In this document: in pieces, positions 1 through 11,194 of the stretch | Numbering within the stretch: the stretch's first letter is position 1 | Layout of the letters: each line of letters starts with the position of its first letter | NCBI GenBank assembly: GCA_038087875.1 | Contig: JAXLNO010000700.1 | Coordinates: forward strand, 1-64,000 | Direction: 5' to 3' | Length of the DNA stretch: 64,000 bases | Origin: Malacoraja senta | Taxonomy: Eukaryota | The notes under the pieces: model-generated | Seen by the model: the letters and a program-made list of their open reading frames with translations, nothing else | Databases searched by the model: none | Told to the model about the DNA's origin: nothing | Program-made: the position numbers and the translations under genes

Positions 1-1283
1 GCCCACTTTTCCACAAATCTTTATAATTTTAACCAAGACCCTTTACAATTACAAGCTCCAATCAATTCCACAATCTGGCCAGTACTTACTGCTGTGTATA
101 TAATTCTAACAGTCCTTTATTGTAAATTTACATCCTGTAAATATTGAGAGGCAAAATACCTATTTTTAAAACTGGAACGATGATATTGTAAGGGATGCTG
201 CAATCAAGTTAAAGAAAATCCAAGATAAAGGTAAAGAATATCATTACCCTTCCCTTACAATGGAAGTAAAGAAAAGAGAATGTGTTATCAATACTACAGA
301 AAACTTTCCACATCGGGTAGCTAATATTGAACTGACCAGTGAGTATGAAATATCTGGAACCGTTTGAGGAACATCTTGTTGCTGCTATGGGAAATGTGGA
401 TGTTTTGTGTAGTTTAACTAAGATGGGAATTGAAACTTCATCTAGGATTATCTTCCGATTTAAAAATAAAAAGATTGTGGTTTGCAAAATCTGATTTTTA
501 TTCTGTGATCTTGATTATAATCCAACAATGGATTTTTTTCATTCCACCCGATTAAAGATAATAGAGAAGAAATTCATTAATCCCTAACAGTACAATCCAA
601 TACCAAAGTACCATTCCAAGCTAATGACATGGTGGGTGATTCCTTCATCTCAGGAATGAGCCCAATCTTTTTAAATTCCCCATCATTAATTAAATTCTGA
701 AAGAAAACCAATACTTGGGCCGATTGCCTTTGGGAAAGCCTTGATTTTGTTGGTGCCTCTAAAGCTTCGATCCATGGAATTACTTTTTATGGTCAAGTTT
801 CTCCCCTTGTTACTGTTGCAATTTAGCCCAGTGCCATAACATGTTCATCGTTGCCTCAACTCATCCAATGTTTGTTACCCTCCAACTTGATTTTTCTAAT
901 ATTCAGACAGCTATTTACATCTCATTCAAAATGCTATTCCTGCATCCAATTAATTAATTAATCCACGATCACCAATCATTGTAGGCTTCTAATCCACCAA
1001 TCCCTCAATATCTGACATTCACTTTGGTTAAGTTCCATCATGACAATCCTCATCTCTGTAACCTCTAGTCCTGAAACCCTCTGTCAGCATTCTAATTCCA
1101 CATCACTTAACCATTTGGTCCCATGCCTCGAATTGTGTCGTTTCCCCCCCCCCCCCCCCAGCACCTCTCTTCATTTAATCCTTTCCTAAAAAACTACCCC
1201 CAATGCACTCATTGTAACATCCTCTCTTTGTAAACTGTAAATGTGATTTAAGCATTAAATAGGGATACAAAAACAGTCTACAC

Positions 1284-1408
1284 GATTGGAAAGGCTGCAT
1301 ATTATGTAAAAATGGTCGAAATCCCGAGATACACTCAAATACTAGTGTTCCAAAGCTAGAATAGTCTACAGTGACTGTGTAAGATTGTGAATCAAATAAC
1401 TCCGGAGC
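1284..1408 (-). pseudogene. CHUK: CHUK coding exon 7 ([41 protein letters not shown]), defective acceptor, DYW->DYS
   Basis: 125 nt; APE motif; the acceptor reads ctAA|gct; the conserved subdomain-IX Trp is lost. Confidence 0.9.
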
Positions 1409-2352
1409 TTAGAAAGAAGGCAACAATATTGTCTAATGAACAAGTCAATTTGGTTCTCAATAAAATAAAGAATGAGAAATTGAACCAATATTGCTCACTG
1501 ACATGCACATTAACTCAAAAATGTTTGATACTCATCTGTCTATGGCATGTATGAGAACAGCTAGGAACTACATAACATTGTTGACAAACCTTGGCTATTG
1601 TTGACAATTATTACATTTTCGTGCAGACTGTGTTATAAATAGCAATAGCAATTTTTAGATAAAATCAACCTAAAACAAAATGCAATAGTTAACTTACTGG
1701 ACATGGTTCTTTTCCACAATAATGAGTTCAATTATGTATAAACATCATTGGAGTTCACCAGGTTTGATTCAAAAGGTACATATTTATTATAGTGCACAGA
1801 AATTTGTTGCTTTTGTCAAACATGCATTTTGCAAAGTTCAATCCACCTTCACAAATCTCATTAGTAAACTGATGTGATTAGATACTAATTATGGTTAAAT
1901 GGTTTGAGTCATTAAACAGGAAGGCAGGACAAATGTGATCTTCAGGTGAGCTAGATCCACAGAGTAAACAAAATAATTTAAAAAAAAAAAAATCAAAATG
2001 CTGTTTTTCACTATTTTTGGTTTAAATTCAAATGTTCATATTGATAATAGGCTTATATACTGATCGTCTGCTGAAACGGATAGGACTGGAGAATTGAACT
2101 AGAGTGTAATTATAAAATGAAAACATTATTTAAGCAATTATGGTATAAATGTGCAAAGGATTTTATAATGGATGATTTTAATATACCTGTTATTTTTATT
2201 CACACTTATAACCATTTCCAGACATAATATTCTTTCAATGACCATGCCTGAATAACATTTGCAATGGTACTGAGAGAGAATACAAGTAAACATGTCCATG
2301 AATTACAATGTGCTCAATCAATGCACAATAAACAATGCAACAGAAAACTTAC

Positions 2353-2442
2353 CAGGTATTGTAATGTTCCGACAAAAGATGTGCAAAGACATCCTTGATC
2401 CAGATCTTTTGCGTAGCCCAAGTCAATTATTTTGTGTATCAA
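2353..2442 (-). pseudogene. CHUK: CHUK coding exon 6 ([30 protein letters not shown]), acceptor AG->AT, activation-loop Ser->Cys
   Basis: 90 nt, gtaagt donor; the acceptor reads tgcAT; codon tgt at 2391-2389 replaces the first Ser of SLCTS. Confidence 0.95.
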
Positions 2443-3666
2443 ATGCAGTGAATAATATAGATTTATTCATTGCTTTTGCGAAATACTTCTGCAATTAACT
2501 TTTTCAGAACAATTTCATAAAAATTAAATGTTGTTATGTGGGTCGTCCATGCTGTCGTGCCTTTTACCAATAAAACGTAACTACTGTGATGTTCTTCTAC
2601 CATCATCTCACTATACGATCATAAGATCTTAAATGATAGGAGTAGAATTAGGCCATTCGGCCCATCGTCTGCCATTCAATTATATACAAAATTAAAACAG
2701 ATTGATTATGAATCATTGATGGGACTGCAATTTGGTGAATGAAGCCAGTACTACTGCCACTGCAATCTTGTGTACCTGAAGAGCCTTTCGTGAAATTAGT
2801 CCCATAAAAATCAAAATATTGAAAATAAGAAAAAAATCATTGAAATATATGTAAGAGATCAGTTAAATTGAATCACATAGTTTTAGTGATTTTGCACACT
2901 GTTAATTCACAGGAACAAAAATAACTCAGCAGTTCTTGATAAATGTTTGATCATAAATTAATTACATAATTGCTAAGGATTATTTTTACATCCAAGGTTA
3001 CTAGTACAGTGTGTAAAGTCTGAAGAGTATTGTCTGCTCATCACTGACAAGTGCTATGGTAGGCTTCAATGAAAGAAACAGAGACTGCAACTCAGCCCAC
3101 ACCAACAGGTACTCAGTCATGAAGTGAACCAGGAAGAGAGCCAAGCTTCATGTATTTCTGGAACGTTGATAACTAACATCAGGCATGCGAGAATAAATCA
3201 CAGCCAGTGAATCCCTGGATACGAATAGACAAGCAAGAATGGAACAGAGCAAAGACAGCTCAACTAAATTGTACAAAAGAGGTGCTATAGAAGAATGGTC
3301 TAGTACCTTGTCTGGAATAGAAAACATGCCACTCTGTCTTTCATTTGACATTGTGTAAGCTGAGGTTTAAATATGATGGAAACTTATTGATGAGGTTTGA
3401 GAAGTATGCTCAGATTTGATAGTACATTCAAGCATCTTGCAGAGAAGCAAAGACTGAAGATGGTGCAGTAGTTGCAAGAATAAAGGGACAAAAATGCATT
3501 ATTGGGAATAGAGGAACAAAAATACATTTTTGGGAAGGGAATGCTGATTTTAAAGGTATTTGGCAATACAATAAAGTATATTTGCCCATTTTTCTTAAAT
3601 TGTGGTAGGAAAACCACAGAGGAAAGAGTTCAAAATTTTTTTAAAGTACTTTTACATTTCTCTTAC

Positions 3667-3753
3667 CTTGCCATTATCTTCTTGCAACACAATATTTTCA
3701 GGTTTCAGATCTCTGGATAATTCTGTGGTTATGTAAATATTGGATGCCAGAAC
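3667..3753 (-). pseudogene. CHUK: CHUK coding exon 5 (GSGIQYLHNHRII[H]RDLKPENIVLQEDNGK), 2-nt deletion in the HRD motif
   Basis: 87 nt where 89 are needed; reads atc-c-aga-gat instead of atc-cac-aga-gat; AG/GT intact. Confidence 0.93.
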
Positions 3754-4350
3754 CTGGTTAAAATTAAATGCAAAATGGTGGGTAAAGGCAGATTTGTTTT
3801 AAATAGAGAATGTGTGTTTTTGTCTTTATATTGACCAGATCACAGAATATTCATGAGATTATGAGGCCATTTGGCCATCGGTTCCAAAATAAAACAACCT
3901 CAGGCTGCGATCTTTCCTCAGTGCTTCTAATTTTAGTTCATTTCATATGAGATCTGAACCCTCTCAGTAAAATTATGTCCTGCCTATGATGCAATGACCA
4001 GAATGATTCACAATAGGCAAGCTGTAGCTGAACAAGCATTGTGTACAATTCCAGCGTAATCTTGTTTCCTGCGTATTCTTAGCATCTGCTAATAAACAAA
4101 AGCATTCCATATGTCGTTCAGCCTTCTAATCTATCCATCCTTTCTTGAAGGACCTATGGATATTCACCCCAAGTTCCCTCTTCTCCTTCACATTTGCAGT
4201 GCATTCCCTTGCCATCTCCCCAAGGGCAATGTGTCACATGTCTCTGGTTTAAATTTCAATTTCCACTTTCCTGCCCACCTGACTAGACCATCAACATCTT
4301 CTGTAAGAAATTGTATTAAATTATAAATAGGCATTAAAAAAAATACCTAC

Positions 4351-4418
4351 CAACATCATGTAATAAGCTAATCCTTGGATTTCTTTAAGTCCACAGCAGT
4401 GTCAGGCTTGCCCAGTAC
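4351..4418 (-). pseudogene. CHUK: CHUK coding exon 4 (VLGKPD-CCGLKEIQGL-LLHDV), two 1-nt deletions
   Basis: 68 nt where 70 are needed; ttcaag acceptor and gtaggt donor. Confidence 0.88.
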
Positions 4419-5807
4419 CTTGAAACACAAAATGCAACATTAGCAAAGAACCAATTAGGAAAAATACACCTGAATAAATATTCAAAAATTCTCCTACAGA
4501 AAAATGGCAATTGTATTATAAACTTCTAGCGAAAGATGTTCAAATATATGTATTATGAGTTCAAACAAATTACTTAATAGAACATGAAAAATGGATGCAC
4601 AAAAACACAGCAGTAATTAACATTCACAATTAACATTAAATCTTTTACATGGTTCTCAAAATAAATTGAATATTCAAGATACAAAACAGGCAAAGATCTG
4701 AAGTTATAATGCTCATTTAACTCTGTAGTTATGTTTTAAATGTATCCAGCACCAATTGTAACTAATTATAATCTGATCCAACCACTTAGCGTGGAGTTTT
4801 CGATAGTAAATAAAGTTCTATACTAAATGAAGCTCCAGTTTCAAAACCTGAACTAGAAAATAATAGTTCAGATATCTTTCCACTAGAAAGGATAAAATTA
4901 ATTATTAATCAGCTTCAGACATTAAGATATCAAGTAATATATGCAAATCCAAGAGGAAATTATCAAGAGATCCACTACAGAACTTCCCAGAAAGAAGAGA
5001 ACACAAGACTGTTAATATTCTCATTCTTAAATTTCTATCTCGAGAACAATGCAAAAGAATGAAGAGAAATTGTATTTTTCAAATCCACGATAACAGAGAT
5101 TAAAAGGAAAGATGGTAAATAAGCAGTGGGAGACATTTAAGGAATTATTTTGAATTCATATTCCATATTCTAAGAAAAAGATCAAGCATGCATGGCCTAG
5201 AAAGTTAAAGATAGCAAGTTGATAAAAATGGCTCACAACCTGCTATGATGAGTAAAAAGGAAGGAGAGAAGAAAAGAAGGAGAGAAGAAACTCAAGTAAA
5301 TGTCAGGGGATGACCTGTAGATTTGCTCCCACATTGTACACATTGGAAGCACTTCAAACAGGGTTTTACCAAGTTGATTTCTGTGATAAATGGGTTTGCT
5401 TGAATGAAAGATTGGAGTTTAGAAGAATGAGAGATGATTTGAATGAATCACACAGATTGAAGGGGCTTGACAAAGGAAATGTTTACCCTCACAGAAGAGC
5501 CTCAAAAAAGATGAGCATGACGAGGAATGTTTTTCTTTCAGTGGACTTTGAAATTCCTCAAAATCAAATTAGCCTTGATGCCATCTAATGCTGAGACAAG
5601 ATTGAGACACTGCAGCCTACTCTTCTATTTCTTACGTTGTGTTCTTGATCATAAATTACAAAAATGAAGGGTACTCCGCTTGTCTCTAAATACATGCAGA
5701 TGTTTAGAACATAATGAAATTCTGTTAAACATTTGTAACTAAATTAAATTCTCATTAACCTCAAAATTGCACTCAGTAAAATGAATTAGAATGACCTTAA
5801 AAATTAC

Positions 5808-5920
5808 CTTATGCAAGTTACCTCCAGAACTCCATCGCAAGTAGAGGGACATCATTAAAGGCAATACCCTGCATTTTTTCAGGAACTTCACAAGCTTTAA
5901 CAATATTTGCAATGTTTAAC
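5808..5920 (-). pseudogene. CHUK: CHUK coding exon 3 (LNIANIVKACEVPEKMQGIAFNDVPLLAME/fs/SGGNLHK), about 5-nt deletion at the hinge
   Basis: AG/GT boundaries. MEYCSGG is reduced to atggag-t-tctggaggt, which creates an in-frame TAA at 5820-5818. Confidence 0.9.
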
Positions 5921-6234
5921 CTTTTTTGGGACAAGACAACAGAAGTGATCTTCAGATAACCCTTACACAAGTCAAATGCATCTAAATGGTAGGAGAAAGA
6001 AAAACAGATACAACCAAATTAACAAGTTTGTTAAATGTAATTCTACTATTGTCTTTATATGCAAACTGAAACAAAAAATAATCCCAACTGCAAAACAATT
6101 CTTATCTCTCGAAAATTAAATTGCCTGAATTTTATACTTGTGATTTAACAATGCAAAGAAAATTGCCTATTATTGACAAAGAAGAGTGGAACAATTTGTT
6201 ATCAGGCTTTAGTAGAAATAAATAAAAATAAATG

Positions 6235-6545
6235 TAGTTTAATTTAGTAGAGTTTAGAGATATAGCATGGAAACAGGCACATCGGCCCACCGAGTTCTCG
6301 CTGACCAGCGATACCCATACACGAGCACTATGCTGCACACTAGGGACAATTTACAATTGTTACCGAAGCCAAATTAACCTACAAACCGGTACGTCTTTGG
6401 AGTGTGAAGCACCCGGGGAAAACCCACAGGTAACAGGAAGAACGTACAAACTCCATACACATAGCACCCATAGTCAGGATTGAACCCGGGTCTCTGGCGC
6501 TGTGAAGCAGCAACTCTACCACTGCGCCACCCCTGTGCCACCCCT
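6235..6545 (-). mobile_element. tRNA-derived SINE with (aaact)n tail
   Basis: Minus strand shows ggtggcgcagtggtagag (A box) and gggttcaatcc (B box). Homologous copies at ~40400-40680 (+), ~44610-44785 (-), ~54660-54930 and ~59290-59590 (-). Confidence 0.8.
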
Positions 6546-7160
6546 TATGGAATATTCTGCCTTACTCTTGTGCTACTCCATGATGAAGTCAAGAGTCAAG
6601 AGAGTTTTATTGTAATGTGCCCCAGATAGGACAATGAAATTCTTGCTTGCTGCATGAAACATGAAACATACAAACTGATGAAACATACTGTTTCATACTG
6701 ATGAAACATACAAATTAATACTCAAACTGTAGCCACCAACGTTCTGATGTACTCACAATCTTTTACAGAATCTTCCACAGAACCTTGTTTGGAACAACCT
6801 TATCCCACCAAAACAAAATGCCACAACCTCAGTGAACTTGATTGGGAGACGGGAAAATCAAACTACGAATTTTCTCCAAGTTCCACCTAACCCAAAGGAA
6901 CAGGTATTTTCAGCTTGCACACTATCCTTATGCCCAGGTAACAAAAAATTGGGCACACTGTTCCCTCAAAACCTATACCTACAAATCACAAATATATTGA
7001 TTTTCCTAAAAATCTTTAGTCAATGGTTTGTGCTATACTTTGAACAAATAGCTGGATACAAAATGGATTATCTGTGATGGCAAAAAGTTTGTGAAACTTT
7101 TAAAGTCAAGGTCCACTGCATCACTAAAGAAACTCCAGAGGTCTCTGAAAATATACTCAC

Positions 7161-7255
7161 TTTTTCATGATTTGAATCTCATGGCACCACCTCTCCTTGT
7201 TTCTTGCACTCAACTCCACACGACAGGCTTTAACTGCAATCCTTTCCCCAGTGCT
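7161..7255 (-). pseudogene. CHUK: CHUK coding exon 2 ([31 protein letters not shown]), intact
   Basis: 95 nt, ccag acceptor and gtgagt donor; contains the VAIK-equivalent Lys (IAVK) and the helix-C Glu. Confidence 0.95.
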
Positions 7256-8227
7256 CTGGAACAGAGATGTCGATTTAGAAGTTCATTATATAGTAAATCA
7301 AAAGGTAATTAGTTAAAGTTGTTGACAAAATTATTGACGGATCACAAATCCCAAAAAACAGTTACACTCGTTTCACTTAGTTAATTTGAAACTGGCTTGC
7401 AAATCATTCCAACTGATGTTAAATAAACACCTGATTAAATTATAAACTATAAAGTCTATCAAATACACTGCAATGTTGATTATTTGTAATGAAACCTTAA
7501 AGATGCAGCATAGCTGCCAAATGTAGTCAATTTACGAATAAACATTAATCATTTTATCTTGAACCACCAGAAAGAAATCTGTCTTTCAATTTCTACAATG
7601 CATTTGGCATTGTAGAAATCCAATTAAAACATAAATCCAATGTGTATTTGCAACTATATTGCAAAGAACAAATTTTTACTCTACCATCTTTCTGCAAAAG
7701 GCCTTAAATGAGGTAATTAAAAACTCCCAAACTTGGGTTGATAGAGTGAATTTCAAACTTATTAAAACTTTGATGACTATGGTATAAGTACTAGTAATTG
7801 AGATATGAGGATGGTAATGATAAAAGAGAGCGAAGCAAGCAAATGAGGCTGAATTTTGAAAAAAAAAAGTAACCTAGGAAAGATTAAGCACAAGAAAGCT
7901 TAAGAATTTACAGACATAAGTGGCCAACAACATGCAAGGATTTTAATAGGAGAATGAAAATTCAAACTAGATCTATTAAGGAAATGTTGTCGGGTTAATG
8001 AAGCGATTGGGAACCTTTGACGCTGTCTAGTCTAAAGGTGACAATGCACATACTGGTTTCGGTAGCAGACAAGCTGAGGCAAGGGCCCCCTACATGAGAA
8101 CCATTCCGTGAATACTGAATGTCAGCAAGATAAAAAGGATTAACAGGTTTTTCATCAAAATAACACATCAGAGAAGATGGAATCGGGTTTATCAGTGGAA
8201 ACCCTCACTTCTTGATTTTGAGAAATA

Positions 8228-8838
8228 TAGTGCCCTCCATAATGTTGGGACAAAGACCCATCATTTATTTATTTGCCTCTATACTCTACAATTTGAAATT
8301 TGTAATAGAAAAATAATCACATGTGGTTAAAGTGCACATCGTCAGATTTTAATAAAGGCCATTTGTATACATTTTGGTTTCACCATGTAGAATTTACAGC
8401 AGTGTTTATACATAGTCTCCCCATTTCAGGGCTTCATAATGTTTGGGACACAGCAAAGTAATGTAAATGAAAGTAGTCATGTTTAGTATTTTGTTGTATA
8501 TCCTTTACATGCAATGACTGCTTGAAGTCTGCGATTCATGGACATCAACAGTTGCAGGGTGTTTTCTCTGGTGATGCTCTGCCACTCCTGTATTGCAGCC
8601 ATCTTTAGCAAGACAATGATCCCAAACATACTGCTAAAGCAACAAAGGCATTTTTCAAAGCTAAAAAATTGTCAATTCTTGAGTGGCCAAGTCAATTACC
8701 TGAGCTGAACCCAATTGAGCATGCCTTTTATATGCTGAAGAGAAAACTGAAGGGGACTATTACAAATCTCAAATTGTGGAGTACAGAGGCAAATAAATAA
8801 ATGATGGGTCTTTGTCCCAAACATTATGAAGGGCACTG
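8228..8838. mobile_element. Internally deleted Tc1 element
   Basis: TIRs of ~80 bp ((c/t)agtgccctccataatg...cattatgaagggcactg), TA on both flanks, and transposase remnants [10 protein letters not shown]...[13 protein letters not shown]. Confidence 0.9.
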
Positions 8839-9829
8839 TAGCTGGGCGCACACTGTACAATAGACACAAGGAACTACAGATGCTGGTTTACAAAAAATAT
8901 AAGGCACTGGAGCAACTCAGCAGTACAGGCGACATTGCTGAAAGACATGGACAGGCGACGTTTCAGGTTGGGACCCTTCGAAAAGCTATAACACAACAAC
9001 ATCCTTGTTTTAAAGGATAGTGTGATTAAAATATATCTACATCCCTAAGCTAAAAAGGTTACAATTTCTCCCAGAAAATGTGGAAAACTTCCTCTCCTAA
9101 GCTAATTAACACTCCTTCATTCAACTCTCAAAAACATGAATGGCTTTCAAATGTAATCAATAACCAAAAACGGAATTTCACAACCAAGTGGCTCTCATTG
9201 ACATCACTCCATCAATTGTATTATCAAGGAGCCCTGGTAAAAATGAAATAATGGAAATCAAGCAAAAAACTGGTGTCGTCCATAACTCACAGGAAAATGG
9301 CTGCAGAAGAGCAATCACTTCCCACCGAGAAAAAACCCTCAGGGCTTACGTGTCAACCGTCTTTCTGTCAGTTCCATACATTGAGCACTTTATTTTTCTC
9401 TCTCAGAAATAATTTCAATTTAAAATTATCCGAGCTTTGCATTGATCAGAATAGCTTGCTGGTAGCCGCACAATCAGCTTAAGTACATGACATAGATATA
9501 TTGAAAGAATCATCGCTTCCCAAGTTTGATCACAAAATTTCTGATCTAAATTACAAAGGTTTCTGTCACACAGATACTGGGGAGAAGGGGAAGAAAAGCA
9601 ACACAAACTGGAATGTAAAATCAGGAGATTTCAAATTTTCTCATGACGAATATCTATGGAAGGAATAAAATCTACAACAATAAAGGCCGAGGTGAAATTA
9701 GTCCCCTGAAATTGCATATTAACAGTTGGTCAAAGAAACTGAACGAAAAAGGTTTCATGCTAGTTTTATTAAATCGTAAAAACTCTAAAATATACCAGAA
9801 AGGTTAGACTAACTGTATATAGAATGTAC

Positions 9830-9934
9830 CTTATGTTCGTACATATAGACATGTCCAAAGCCTCCTGCTCCAAGGCGTTCCTTTAGATCCCAAGGCCCAC
9901 ATGTCTGAACCTGCCTTAAGGGGGGCTTCTCCAT
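9830..9934 (-). pseudogene. CHUK: CHUK coding exon 1 (MEKPPLRQVQTCGPWDLKERLGAGGFGHVYMYEHK), intact
   Basis: ATG at 9934-9932, Gly-rich loop GAGGFG, GT donor at 9829-9828. An upstream ttcag acceptor at 9957-9956 implies a separate 5'UTR exon. Confidence 0.93.
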
Positions 9935-10400
9935 TCTCAGTCAGAATCTTTAACACTGAAATTACAAAGATACTAACTTATCATTGAAGCCATATAAGAA
10001 ATTTAAATCACAAATAGAACAACCAAAATAAATTGAAATACTGCACAATACAGTTTCTACTTCAACCTTTCTTTCTCAACTGCATTTCGAACAGTAAATG
10101 ACAACAATTAAAGCTGCAAGTGAGAATAGCAGTGGAACTTCAACTCAAGTCATGGGGGAAATAAAATCATGATCCACAGAATTGTGGTTTTCAAACAGCC
10201 CACATGTATTGTTGGTTTTCCCCTATGCAGTGAATATTCATTTCCAAGGAAAAGTAAGAGAAAGATCTTGAGTTCACTTATGAAAAATGTTTAGCTACTG
10301 AGTAAAAGCATGGGAGGAAACAGGCACAGGTGGAAATGAGGTATTCTGCCCTGAATAATTAACATATTTTTCCAGAGATGCTCTCTGACCTGTTGAGTTA

Positions 10401-11033
10401 AAGGCCTGCCTCACGGGTATGCGGTTACTGGCGGTTACTGGCGGTGAAGCAGGAAGTTGGGACCGCTCGTGGACCGCCAGAGACCGCGCATGGCCCGCGG
10501 GGTCGGTCCCAGTGCTCACAAAAAGTCGACAACGTTCAAAAATTTTGTCCTACCGCACAGCCGCCGCCAGTGCGGCACGAGCACAGCCACAGCCGCCGCC
10601 AGTGCGCCGTGAGCGCCGTGAGCACCACTAGCACCGCCACAGCCGCCGCCAGTGCGGCATGAGCACCGCCACAGCCACCGCCAGTGCGCCGTGAGCACCA
10701 CTAGCACCGCCACAGTGCCACGAGCCGAATTGACGTCATCGCGTAGCGCGTTGCGTTGCTCGATGTCGTCATCACCCGACGCCGCGCTCGTGGGGCAGGC
10801 CGTGCGGTGATCACCCGGCATACGAGCGGCAACAGCTTCCGGTAAGGTTTAATTTTTTTTTACTTACCGCAAGCTCGTGGGACCGGCCGTACGGAGATCA
10901 CTCGGCCCCCGCGCGGCATCCGTGCGGCGCTCCCGCGGCATACGCGCGGCGCTCTCGCGGTAGCCGCGCGGTCCCCGCTTCCGGCGATGCCGCGCTTCAC
11001 CGCAAGTAACCGCCTGCCCGTGGGACAGGGCCA
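10401..11033. mobile_element. GC-rich MITE, probably PIF/Harbinger-type
   Basis: Imperfect TIRs (aaggcctgcctcacgggtatgcggttact vs revcomp tggccctgtcccacgggcaggcggttact). A 3-bp TTA duplication (10398-10400, 11034-11036) splits the gagTTActccagc motif of an older repeat. Internal gccgccagtgcg tandem repeats. Confidence 0.75.
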
Positions 11034-11194
11034 TTACTCCAGCTTTTTGTGTCTATCTTCTGCCTTTTAAAGTATCTGCTGTTTTGCACACCGTTTATTT
11101 ACTGATACAAAGTACAATAACAGAGTAAACTTAAGAGCTGGTGGAAGCAGCACCCGGAAGGGGGTGTGAAAGAGGTGTTTGGTTCAGGAACACG

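Larger units (their letters stand above)
1284..9934 (-). pseudogene. CHUK: CHUK (IKK-alpha) unprocessed pseudogene, coding exons 1-7 (kinase domain); any further exons would lie left of the window
   Basis: Manual minus-strand translation gives seven exons in IKK order, with sizes of 105/95/113/68/87/90/125 nt and mostly GT-AG boundaries. GSGIQYLH, VKACEVP, KPDx[15 protein letters not shown] and AKDLDQG fit IKK-alpha better than IKK-beta. Several disabling lesions are present. Confidence 0.92.

Noticed and set aside
1697..1870. Minus-strand gtaagt donor suggesting another CHUK exon
   Set aside because: No frame resembles IKK, and exons 6 and 7 are already contiguous in the protein sequence.
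2353..2442. Assignment to IKBKB because of LIHK
   Set aside because: The other exons (GSGIQYLH, VKACEVP, KPDxCCGLKE, WCHEI, APELF) favour CHUK; this still needs a phylogeny to confirm.
9180..9600. Possible exon or ORFs inside CHUK intron 1
   Set aside because: Only a faint resemblance to old L1 ORF1 text; not supportable.
10419..10821. Ala/Arg-rich ORFs and an apparent CpG island
   Set aside because: They lie inside a TIR- and TSD-bounded MITE with internal tandem repeats.
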